DNA of 8,765 nucleotides from a virus (lineage: Duplodnaviria; Heunggongvirae; Uroviricota; Caudoviricetes): IMG/VR virus record IMGVR_UViG_2585427739_000005; one strand, 5' to 3'. Positions within the stretch are counted from its first letter, which is position 1; each line of letters starts with the position of its first letter. A program made the position numbers and the translations under genes. Below the pieces are notes generated by a model. That model did no database searches. It was given only the letters and a program-made list of their open reading frames with translations, and was not told the DNA's origin. Positions 1-6,140 of this stretch are shown piece after piece.

Positions 1-1
1 C

Positions 2-436
2 TGCGTTACCGAGTGGATGGATGAATGCCGCCGCGAACCATTCAAAACCCGCGAAGGCAGAGAAATCACGGGGCCGTGGCAGTCGCATCCCAAACGGATG
101 TTACGGCATAAAGCCATGATTCAGTGTGCCCGTCTCGCCTTCGGATTTGCTGGTATCTATGACAAGGATGAAGCCGAGCGCATTGTCGAAAATACCGCAT
201 ACACTGCAGAACGTCAGCCGGAACGCGACATCACTCCGGTTAACGATGAAACCATGCAGGAGATTAACACTCTGCTGATTGCCCTGGATAAAACATGGGA
301 TGACGACTTATTGCCGCTCTGTTCCCAGATATTTCGCCGCGACATTCGCGCATCGTCAGAACTGACACAGGCCGAAGCAGTGAAAGCTCTTGGATTCCTG
401 AAACAGAAAGCCACTGAGCAGAAGGTGGCTGCATGA
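2..436 (+). CDS. bet: Bet single-strand annealing recombinase (Red beta), 3' portion; 5' end lies upstream of the window
   Basis: Open frame from window edge; translation (...[48 protein letters not shown]...KVAA) matches recalled lambda Bet C-terminus. Stop TGA 434-436 overlaps the exo ATG (ATGA). Confidence 0.9.
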   Translation, partial: CVTEWMDECRREPFKTREGREITGPWQSHPKRMLRHKAMIQCARLAFGFAGIYDKDEAERIVENTAYTAERQPERDITPVNDETMQEINTLLIALDKTWDDDLLPLCSQIFRRDIRASSELTQAEAVKALGFLKQKATEQKVAA

Positions 437-1113
437 CACCGGACATTATCCTGCAGCGTACCGGAATCGACGTGAGAGCTGTCGAACAGGGGGATGATGC
501 GTGGCACAAATTACGGCTCGGCGTCATCACCGCTTCAGAAGTTCACAATGTGATAGCAAAACCCCGCTCCGGAAAAAAGTGGCCTGACATGAAAATGTCC
601 TACTTCCACACCCTGCTGGCTGAGGTTTGCACCGGTGTGGCTCCGGAAGTTAATGCTAAGGCGCTGGCATGGGGAAAACAGTACGAGAACGACGCCAGAA
701 CTCTGTTTGAATTCACTTCCGGCGTGAATGTTACTGAATCCCCGATCATCTATCGCAACGAAAGTATGCGTACCGCCTGCTCTCCCGATGGTTTATGCAG
801 TGACGGCAATGGCCTTGAGCTGAAATGCCCGTTTACCTCCCGGGATTTCATGAAGTTCCGGCTCGGTGGTTTCGAGGCCATAAAGTCGGCTTACATGGCC
901 CAGGTGCAGTACAGCATGTGGGTGACGCGAAAAGATGCCTGGTACTTTGCCAACTATGACCCACGAATGAAGCGTGAAGGCCTGCATTATGTCGTGGTTG
1001 AGCGGGATGAAAATTACATGGCGAGTTTTGACGAGATGGTGCCGGAGTTCATCGAAAAAATGGACGAGGCACTGGCTGAAATTGGTTTTGTATTTGGGGA
1101 GCAATGGCGATGA
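433..1113 (+). CDS. exo: Lambda-type 5'-3' exonuclease (Red alpha), 226 aa
   Basis: Full-length translation ([40 protein letters not shown]...GFVFGEQWR) matches recalled lambda Exo with a few substitutions (e.g. IYRNESMR where I recall IYRDESMR); ATGA overlap with bet. Confidence 0.95.
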   Translation: MTPDIILQRTGIDVRAVEQGDDAWHKLRLGVITASEVHNVIAKPRSGKKWPDMKMSYFHTLLAEVCTGVAPEVNAKALAWGKQYENDARTLFEFTSGVNVTESPIIYRNESMRTACSPDGLCSDGNGLELKCPFTSRDFMKFRLGGFEAIKSAYMAQVQYSMWVTRKDAWYFANYDPRMKREGLHYVVVERDENYMASFDEMVPEFIEKMDEALAEIGFVFGEQWR

Positions 1114-1292
1114 CGCATCCTCACGATAATATCCGGGTGGGCGCGATCACTTTCGTCTACTCCATTACAAAGCGAGGCTGGGTATTTCCCGGCCTTTCTG
1201 TTATCAGAAATCCCCTGAAAGCACAGCGACTGGCTGAGGAGATAAATAATAAACGGGGAGCTGTATGCACAAAGCATCTCCCGTTGAGTTAA
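1110..1292 (+). CDS. Lambda orf60a-like hypothetical protein (60 aa)
   Basis: ATG at 1110 overlaps the exo stop (ATGA). Size and position match recalled lambda orf60a (183 bp, 4-bp overlap with exo). The track's 1104 start is an upstream in-frame ATG. Function unknown. Confidence 0.7.
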   Translation: MTHPHDNIRVGAITFVYSITKRGWVFPGLSVIRNPLKAQRLAEEINNKRGAVCTKHLPLS

Positions 1293-1456
1293 GAACGAGT
1301 ATCGAGATGGCACATAGCCTCGCTCAAATTGGAGTCAGGTTTGTGCCAATATCAGTAGAAACAGACGAAGAATTTCATACGTTAGCCGCATCCCTTTCAC
1401 AAAAGCTGGAAATGATGGTGGCGAAAGCAGAAGCAGATGAGAGAGACCAGGTATGA
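1265..1456 (+). CDS. Lambda orf63-like hypothetical protein (63 aa)
   Basis: 192-bp ORF overlapping orf60a by 28 bp, as recalled for lambda orf63; GGGGAG Shine-Dalgarno 5 nt upstream of the ATG. Confidence 0.7.
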   Translation: MHKASPVELRTSIEMAHSLAQIGVRFVPISVETDEEFHTLAASLSQKLEMMVAKAEADERDQV

Positions 1457-1536
1457 CAACCACTGAATGCATTTTTCTGGCAGCGGGCTTCATATTCTGT
1501 GTGCTTATGCTTGCCGACATGGGGCTTGTTCAATGA
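1453..1536 (+). CDS. Candidate micro-ORF, 27 aa, hydrophobic (MTTTECIFLAAGFIFCVLMLADMGLVQ)
   Basis: Seen: its ATG overlaps the orf63 stop (ATGA at 1453-1456) and its stop overlaps the next ORF's ATG (ATGA at 1533-1536). Hydrophobic core suggests a single membrane helix. Below the ORF-track size cut-off; no homology evidence. Confidence 0.3.
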   Translation: MTTTECIFLAAGFIFCVLMLADMGLVQ

Positions 1537-1748
1537 CACCTCAGCAAGAAAACGCCCTTCGCAGCATTGCCCGTCAGGCTAATTCTGAAATCAAAAAAGC
1601 CAGACAGCAGTTTCCGGATAAAAACGTCGATGACATTTGCCGTAGCGTACTAAAGAAGCACCGCGAAACGGTAACGCTGATGGGATTCACACCGACTCAT
1701 TTAAGCCTGGCGATCGGCATGTTGAACGGCGTCTTTAAGGAACGGTGA
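1533..1748 (+). CDS. Hypothetical phage protein, 71 aa (MTPQQENALRSIARQANSEIKKARQQF...)
   Basis: Start chosen at the ATG coupled to the upstream micro-ORF; the track ORF 1467..1748 is the same frame from an earlier ATG with no Shine-Dalgarno. Sits where lambda has orf61 but I cannot confirm it is the same protein. Confidence 0.5.
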   Translation: MTPQQENALRSIARQANSEIKKARQQFPDKNVDDICRSVLKKHRETVTLMGFTPTHLSLAIGMLNGVFKER

Positions 1749-1768
1749 ACATGAAAAGCAAAATCATC

Positions 1769-1791
1769 AGGGAGCTACAGGCTCCTTTTTT
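1769..1791 (+). terminator. Candidate rho-independent terminator
   Basis: Seen: stem AGGGAGC / GCTCCTT (7 bp including one G-U pair) with loop TACAG, followed by TTTTTTATTATT. Confidence 0.45.
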
Positions 1792-1846
1792 ATTATTCGC
1801 ATTCACCCTCAAGCGTATTAACCAACAATTCAGGGATTAATGAAAG

Positions 1847-2068
1847 ATGGCAGACATAATTGATTCAGCATCAGAAATTGAAGAATTACAGCGCAACACA
1901 GCAATAAAAATGCGCCGCCTGAACCACCAGGCTATATCTGCCACTCATTGTTGTGAGTGTGGCGATCCGATAGATGAACGAAGACGACTGGCCGTTCATG
2001 GTTGTCGGACTTGTGCCAGTTGCCAGCAAGATCTGGAGCTTATCAGTAAACAGAGAGGTTCGAAGTGA
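1847..2068 (+). CDS. TraR/DksA-family C4-type zinc-finger protein (73 aa)
   Basis: Motif CCECGDPIDERRRLAVHGCRTCASCQ fits the TraR/DksA pattern CxxCGxPIxExRR...CxxCQ. This family is common in the early region of lambdoid prophages. Confidence 0.8.
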   Translation: MADIIDSASEIEELQRNTAIKMRRLNHQAISATHCCECGDPIDERRRLAVHGCRTCASCQQDLELISKQRGSK

Positions 2069-2472
2069 GCGAAATTAACTCTCAGGCACTGCGTGAAGCG
2101 GCAGAGAAAGCCGGTGAAGATAAGTGGCAGGCTAAAAAAATAAATGGTGATTTTTTCGTTATTCGTCACGGTAGTTATACAAGACAGCATGGCTACACAT
2201 CGTATCAACCCATTGCGGAGATTGATTGTAAGCCAGTCCGGGATTTTGTTGCCAAGGCTAATCCGGCTACCGTGCTGGAATTACTGGATGAACTGGAAGC
2301 AGCAAAAAAGCGCATTGCAGAACTGGAAGCGCGGGAAATACTGCTCCCGGAACGTAGCAGCATGCTTCATCGAACAGATTTTCACGATGATTACCAAACG
2401 GTAATGGCATACAAAGTTTCTGAAGTCATCGATGCAATCCGCGCTACTGGCATTCGCATCAAAGGAGAGTGA
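2065..2472 (+). CDS. Ead/Ea22-like phage protein (135 aa), likely coiled-coil C-terminal region
   Basis: GTG start overlaps the upstream stop (GTGA) with GAGAGG Shine-Dalgarno 6 nt upstream. Segment PATVLELLDELEAAKKRIAELEARE resembles the Ead/Ea22-like family as I recall it. An SphI site at 2360-2365, absent from recalled lambda, argues it is not lambda ea22 itself. Confidence 0.5.
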   Translation: MSEINSQALREAAEKAGEDKWQAKKINGDFFVIRHGSYTRQHGYTSYQPIAEIDCKPVRDFVAKANPATVLELLDELEAAKKRIAELEAREILLPERSSMLHRTDFHDDYQTVMAYKVSEVIDAIRATGIRIKGE

Positions 2473-2473
2473 G

Positions 2474-3229
2474 ATGATTCACTACCACGGTGGGCCTATT
2501 ACTCCTGATACGTGCGCAATGAGAGCATGGAAAGGGCGACATGCGTTTATCAGTTTTGCGCATTCAGGCCAGATCAATCTCGCGGCTGAATACTGTCAGT
2601 AGTTCGCGCTGGACAACGGTGCATTCACCGCCTGGAAAGCAGCTGGCAAAAACAAAATCGACTGGAGCGATTACTACGAGTTTGTTGCTCGCTGGAAGAA
2701 TCACCCAGGATTCGATTTTGCCATTATCCCGGATGTTATTGATGGCGGAGAGGAGGAAAATGATGCGCTTCTGAATGAGTGGCCTCACGGAAAACTAGCT
2801 GGCGTTCCAGTGTGGCACATGAATGAAAGTGACGAGCGATTTATTCATTTGTGCAATGAGTTTCCGCGAGTGGCTATCGGTAGTTGTGGCGACTATGACG
2901 TAAAGCGCCCAACTCTTGCGGTAGCCAGAATGAAAGACCTGATTCGTCACATTGTTGATGGGCATGGTCAGCCGGTTACGAAACTACATGGATTGCGCAT
3001 GTTAAATCCGCTGATATTCACAAAATTACCCTTAGCCAGCGCAGATAGTACGAACGTCGCTCGAAACATCGGTATTGATAAAGCCTGGTCTGGGGCTTAT
3101 GCACCTGCAAGTAAAGAGACACGCGCAGCATTAATGGTAGAACGGATTGAGGCACACAATAGCCCTGGTTCTCTTGCGTATTGTGAACAACGCGACCGCT
3201 TTGAAATGCAATTGCAACTAGCAGTTTAA
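2474..3229 (+). pseudogene. TGT-like (queuine/7-deazaguanine transglycosylase, DpdA-like) gene interrupted by an in-frame amber codon at 2600-2602
   Basis: Seen: strong AAAGGAGAG Shine-Dalgarno before ATG 2474; one frame runs 2474..3229 with a single TAG after codon 42 (...EYCQ*FALDNG...), preceded by CAG. Inference: AIIPDVID, VAIGSCGD and ASADSTNVARNIG occur in the same order as recalled TGT motifs MIFDEC, YAVGGLAVGE and DCVMPTRNARNG. Family assignment is from memory, not searched. Confidence 0.5.
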
Positions 3230-3239
3230 GGACTAACAA

Positions 3240-3815
3240 ATGACCACTATTACCAAAGAACGTATTGAATTGTTCATTAAAAATCCGCTTGAAAACGGGC
3301 TTACTCGTGACGAACAAATGGAACTGGCACGAATTGCACTGGCATCACTGGGAGCAGAACCTGTAAGCCAAACTTACAACTTGCCAGAATTAATCGAAGG
3401 CATGGAGGTTTCCATTGATGTAAGCACTTGTGATGCGGATTTAGGTAATCGCTATTTCGGTACCGTCACCGAGGCGTTAGAACTTGATACTGCCAAGAAT
3501 GGTTACATCCTCCTGGTTCAGGACGCAGAGCCAAACTTCGATATAAATGGCAATTCTCCGGTAACTCCGGATGGTTGGGTTATAGTGCCGAAGAAACTAA
3601 CCGCTGAGAACGGCGCTAAGGGTGTGCTATCCGGTGAATTTTCAGAAACTACGTTTATAAGCTGCCCGGAATGCTTTGGTGATGATGATTGCGAAACTTG
3701 TGACGGCAGCGGAAGAATCGAAATCAAGGTTCCAGTCAGTTGGACAACTATCAAAACTATTTGGGCTAAAGGGTGTGAGTACTTTTCAATAGTAGCACCG
3801 CAGCAAGATGGGTGA
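3240..3815 (+). CDS. Hypothetical protein (191 aa) with a C-terminal DnaJ-like cysteine motif CPECFGDDDCETCDGSGR
   Basis: AAGGA Shine-Dalgarno 7 nt upstream of ATG 3240. CxxCxGxxxCxxCxGxG resembles the DnaJ cysteine-rich zinc-binding repeat. A KpnI site at 3459-3464 is absent from recalled lambda. Function unknown. Confidence 0.7.
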   Translation: MTTITKERIELFIKNPLENGLTRDEQMELARIALASLGAEPVSQTYNLPELIEGMEVSIDVSTCDADLGNRYFGTVTEALELDTAKNGYILLVQDAEPNFDINGNSPVTPDGWVIVPKKLTAENGAKGVLSGEFSETTFISCPECFGDDDCETCDGSGRIEIKVPVSWTTIKTIWAKGCEYFSIVAPQQDG

Positions 3816-3902
3816 TGAAAACAAGTATTTATAACTTAAAAGCATTAAAAAATCGCTTATAGATCAAAAGAAATCTACGTCAAATATTACTATATTTCAA
3901 TG

Positions 3903-3911
3903 TGTTATAAT
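3903..3911 (+). promoter_or_regulatory. Candidate extended -10 promoter element (TGTTATAAT) in an AT-rich intergenic island (3816-3941)
   Basis: Seen: TGnTATAAT at 3903-3911, about 30 bp upstream of ATG 3942; no good -35 hexamer. Confidence 0.4.
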
Positions 3912-3941
3912 TACCCCGTCCATAAAATGGGGGGACACAAA

Positions 3942-4184
3942 ATGTTCAAACGCTGCATCGCCAAGTGTGGAAGCACACCTGACATCCAAGCTTTTATTAA
4001 TGAAGATGGTAAGCTTGTTGTTGAGAGGAGTGGTCCTTTTATTAGCAAACAACTTATCATTACCTCTCCAGCGGAGATGGCCGGGGAATGGATAGTTTCT
4101 GAACCAGAGGAGTTGCACATCCCGCTTCCTTATGGCCCTCAGGGACTGATTTATAACCGTTATGTTCAGAAGGAGGCGGGTTGA
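3942..4184 (+). CDS. Hypothetical small protein (80 aa; MFKRCIAKCGSTPDIQAFINEDGKLVVERSG...)
   Basis: GGGGGGA Shine-Dalgarno 6 nt upstream of ATG 3942. The track ORF 3900..4184 is the same frame from an ATG that lies inside the candidate promoter. HindIII sites at 3988 and 4011 are absent from recalled lambda. Confidence 0.5.
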   Translation: MFKRCIAKCGSTPDIQAFINEDGKLVVERSGPFISKQLIITSPAEMAGEWIVSEPEELHIPLPYGPQGLIYNRYVQKEAG

Positions 4185-4443
4185 CAATGTCAGGCATAAC
4201 ATCGCCGAGAAATCGAAAGAAAAACAGAACAAGGTAAACGTTGACCTTGCAGCATCAGGCATGGAGTACAGAGAGCGCCTTAACATACCTGTTATCACTG
4301 AGCAGGTATCATGAGAGCAACCTGAGCACTCACGCGAGTATTTCATGGAGCGCATCAGATACTATCGCGAGCAGTCGTTAAACATGCCCAAGGGAAGCAA
4401 CCCATGGTATATCGATATGGATGAACAGAACGCCAAGAAGTAA
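4162..4443 (+). pseudogene. 282-bp ORF at the position of lambda ea8.5, interrupted by an in-frame TGA at 4312-4314
   Basis: Seen: ATG 4162 to TAA 4441-4443 is one frame with a single internal TGA. Length and distance from xis match recalled lambda ea8.5 coordinates to within 1 bp. The translation has no Cys, and NcoI (4402) and ClaI (4411) sites not recalled in lambda lie inside it, so identity with ea8.5 is uncertain. Confidence 0.35.
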
Positions 4444-4463
4444 ACGCAATTTGAACGAATGCG

Positions 4464-4489
4464 AACCCGCCGAGTGCGGGTTTTCTTTT
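4464..4489 (+). terminator. Rho-independent terminator (first of a tandem pair)
   Basis: Seen: stem AACCCGC / GCGGGTT (7 bp), loop CGAGT, then TTCTTTT. Confidence 0.6.
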
Positions 4490-4493
4490 ATCT

Positions 4494-4519
4494 GAACTCG
4501 CTACGGCGAGTTTTGTTTT
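4494..4519 (+). terminator. Rho-independent terminator (second of a tandem pair)
   Basis: Seen: stem ACTCGC / GCGAGT (6 bp), loop TACG, then TTTTGTTTT. Confidence 0.55.
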
Positions 4520-4532
4520 ATGGCGATGATAA

Positions 4533-4700
4533 ATGCACTTCCGAGTTACAGGTGAATGGAATGGAGAACCATTCAACAGAGTTATCGAAGCCGAGAACAT
4601 CAGCGACTGCTATAACCACTGGATGCTGTGGGCGCAGATAGCACATGCAGACGTAACCAATATTCGAATTGAAGAACTGAAAGAACACCAAGCCGCCTGA
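4533..4700 (+). CDS. Lambda orf55-like hypothetical protein (55 aa; MHFRVTGEWNGEPFNRVIEAENISDCYNHWMLWAQIAHADVTNIRIEELKEHQAA)
   Basis: Seen: ORF below the track cut-off, ending inside the next terminator. Maps exactly onto my recalled coordinates for the 55-aa hypothetical gene next to xis in lambda. Weak Shine-Dalgarno. Confidence 0.5.
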   Translation: MHFRVTGEWNGEPFNRVIEAENISDCYNHWMLWAQIAHADVTNIRIEELKEHQAA

Positions 4701-4713
4701 TGGCGGTTTTTTC
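4691..4713 (+). terminator. Rho-independent terminator overlapping the orf55-like stop codon
   Basis: Seen: stem AGCCGCC / GGCGGTT, loop TGAT (holds the TGA stop), then TTTTTTCTT. Confidence 0.6.
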
Positions 4714-4727
4714 TTGCGTGTAATTGC
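4714..4727 (+). promoter_or_regulatory. CII-type activator site TTGC-N6-TTGC of the int promoter (pI-like) just upstream of xis
   Basis: Seen: TTGCGTGTAATTGC at 4714-4727, about 13 bp upstream of the xis ATG. Established: lambda pI is CII-activated at TTGCN6TTGC and its transcript starts inside xis so Int is made without Xis. Confidence 0.6.
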
Positions 4728-4739
4728 GGAGACTTTGCG

Positions 4740-4958
4740 ATGTACTTGACACTTCAGGAGTGGAACGCTCGCCAGCGACGCCCAAGAAGCCTTGAAACAG
4801 TTCGTCGATGGGTGCGCGAATGCAGGATATTCCCTCCTCCGGTTAAGGATGGAAGAGAATATCTGTTCCACGAATCAGCGGTAAAGGTTGACTTAAATCG
4901 ACCAGTAACAGGTAGCCTTTTGAAGAGGATCAGAAATGGGAAGAAGGCGAAGTCATGA
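4740..4958 (+). CDS. xis: Excisionase Xis (72 aa)
   Basis: Translation MYLTLQEWNARQRRPRSLETVRRWVRECRIFPPPVKDGREYLFHESAVKVDLNRPVTGSLLKRIRNGKKAKS matches recalled lambda Xis; 23-bp overlap with int as in lambda. Confidence 0.95.
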   Translation: MYLTLQEWNARQRRPRSLETVRRWVRECRIFPPPVKDGREYLFHESAVKVDLNRPVTGSLLKRIRNGKKAKS

Positions 4959-6006
4959 GCGCCGGGATTTACCCCCTAACCTTTATATAAGAAACAATGG
5001 ATATTACTGCTACAGGGACCCAAGGACGGGTAAAGAGTTTGGATTAGGCCGAGACAGGCGAATCGCAATCACTGAAGCTATACAGGCCAACATTGAGTTA
5101 TTTTCAGGACACAAACACAAGCCTCTGACAGCGAGAATCAACAGTGATAATTCCGTTACGTTACATTCATGGCTTGATCGCTACGAAAAAATCCTGGCCA
5201 GCAGAGGAATCAAGCAGAAGACACTCATAAATTACATGAGCAAAATTAAAGCAATAAGGAGGGGTCTGCCTGATGCTCCACTTGAAGACATCACCACAAA
5301 AGAAATTGCGGCAATGCTCAATGGATACATAGACGAGGGCAAGGCGGCGTCAGCCAAGTTAATCAGATCAACACTGAGCGATGCATTCCGAGAGGCAATA
5401 GCTGAAGGCCATATAACAACAAACCCTGTCGCTGCCACTCGCGCAGCAAAATCAGAGGTAAGGAGATCAAGACTTACGGCTGACGAATACCTGAAAATTT
5501 ATCAAGCAGCAGAATCATCACCATGTTGGCTCAGACTTGCAATGGAACTGGCTGTTGTTACCGGGCAACGAGTTGGTGATTTATGCGAAATGAAGTGGTC
5601 TGATATCGTAGATGGATATCTTTATGTCGAGCAAAGCAAAACAGGCGTAAAAATTGCCATCCCAACAGCATTGCATGTTGATGCTCTCGGAATATCAATG
5701 AAGGAAACACTTGATAAATGCAAAGAGATTCTTGGCGGAGAAACCATAATTGCATCTACTCGTCGCGAACCGCTTTCATCCGGCACAGTATCAAGGTATT
5801 TTATGCGCGCACGAAAAGCATCAGGTCTTTCCTTCGAAGGGGATCCGCCTACCTTTCACGAGTTGCGCAGTTTGTCTGCAAGACTCTATGAGAAGCAGAT
5901 AAGCGATAAGTTTGCTCAACATCTTCTCGGGCATAAGTCGGACACCATGGCATCACAGTATCGTGATGACAGAGGCAGGGAGTGGGACAAAATTGAAATC
6001 AAATAA
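4936..6006 (+). CDS. int: Tyrosine site-specific integrase Int (356 aa), lambda type
   Basis: Full-length match to recalled lambda Int (MGRRRSHERRDLPPNLYIRNNGYYCYRDPRTGKEF...REWDKIEIK) with a few apparent substitutions. Recalled lambda BamHI, NruI and NcoI sites all present at the expected offsets. Confidence 0.97.
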   Translation: MGRRRSHERRDLPPNLYIRNNGYYCYRDPRTGKEFGLGRDRRIAITEAIQANIELFSGHKHKPLTARINSDNSVTLHSWLDRYEKILASRGIKQKTLINYMSKIKAIRRGLPDAPLEDITTKEIAAMLNGYIDEGKAASAKLIRSTLSDAFREAIAEGHITTNPVAATRAAKSEVRRSRLTADEYLKIYQAAESSPCWLRLAMELAVVTGQRVGDLCEMKWSDIVDGYLYVEQSKTGVKIAIPTALHVDALGISMKETLDKCKEILGGETIIASTRREPLSSGTVSRYFMRARKASGLSFEGDPPTFHELRSLSARLYEKQISDKFAQHLLGHKSDTMASQYRDDRGREWDKIEIK

Positions 6007-6101
6007 TGATTTTATTTTGACTGATAGTGACCTGTTCGTTGCAACAAATTGATAAGCAATGCTTTTTTATAATGCCAACTTAGTATAAAAAAGCAGGCTT
6101 C
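6007..6101. other. attL (B-O-P') prophage-host junction: P' arm with Int arm-type and IHF sites, 15-bp core, bacterial B arm
   Basis: Seen: core TTAGTATAAAAAAGC at 6080-6094 is the reverse complement of the lambda core GCTTTTTTATACTAA. P' arm holds arm-type site ATAGTGACCT (6024-6033) and IHF-like GTTGCAACAAATTGATAAGCAATGC. The string AATGCTTTTTTATAATGCCAACTTAGTATAAAAAAGCAGGCTTCA matches the recalled wild-type attL. Confidence 0.9.
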
Positions 6102-6140
6102 AACGGATTCATTTTTCTATTTCATAGCCCGGAGCAACCT

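Larger units (their letters stand above)
1..6094. mobile_element. Left arm of an integrated lambda-like prophage (bet-exo-accessory genes-xis-int-attL); continues beyond the window start
   Basis: Seen: collinear + strand genes whose products match recalled lambda Bet, Exo, Xis and Int almost residue for residue, ending in an attL junction. Recalled lambda restriction sites fall where expected (EcoRI 709-714 and SmaI 839-844 in exo; BamHI 5841-5846, NruI 5763-5768 and NcoI 5945-5950 in int). Not identical to reference lambda: recalled NruI sites in exo/bet are altered and the accessory region differs. Confidence 0.9.

Noticed and set aside
214-1520. Minus-strand ORFs 214..507, 264..530, 793..1104, 1014..1313 and 1335..1520
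   Set aside because: All lie antisense to the well-supported bet, exo, orf60a and orf63 genes and have the Arg/Ser/Cys/Leu-rich composition typical of antisense frames; no ribosome-binding sites noted.
1751-1840. 29-aa ORF (MKSKIIRELQAPFLLFAFTLKRINQQFRD) between the 71-aa ORF and the TraR-like gene
   Set aside because: It contains the candidate terminator hairpin (1769-1791) and has no Shine-Dalgarno; more likely an intergenic region than a gene.
2144-3317. ORFs 2144..2404 (+), 1996..2208 (-), 2541..2774 (+), 2564..2788 (-) and 3018..3317 (-)
   Set aside because: Alternative-frame or antisense ORFs inside the Ead-like and TGT-like genes; the coding frame is set by the Shine-Dalgarno sequences and stop-start coupling.
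3911-3936. Possible hairpin CCCCGTCC...GGGGGGAC near the 80-aa ORF start
   Set aside because: The complementary segments are in the wrong order to form a simple stem-loop; the G-run is better explained as the Shine-Dalgarno sequence.
3897-4355. 152-aa minus-strand ORF (and 3911..4120 minus, 3518..3754 minus)
   Set aside because: Runs against the uniformly + strand operon, lacks a ribosome-binding site, has antisense-like composition and ends inside the candidate promoter; likely spurious, though not excluded.
4355-4871. Minus-strand ORFs 4355..4600, 4518..4871 and 4600..4785, and + strand ORF 4459..4641
   Set aside because: They overlap the terminator cluster, the orf55-like ORF and xis in antisense or alternative frames; 4459..4641 starts inside a terminator stem.
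5232-5755. Minus-strand ORFs 5232..5438 and 5558..5755 inside int
   Set aside because: Antisense to the full-length integrase gene.
1-6101. Window being reference phage lambda itself (e.g. a K-12 lysogen)
   Set aside because: Recalled lambda restriction sites in exo and bet are altered, the accessory region has sites lambda lacks there, and the exo-int interval is about 1.36 kb longer; all from memory, but mutually consistent.
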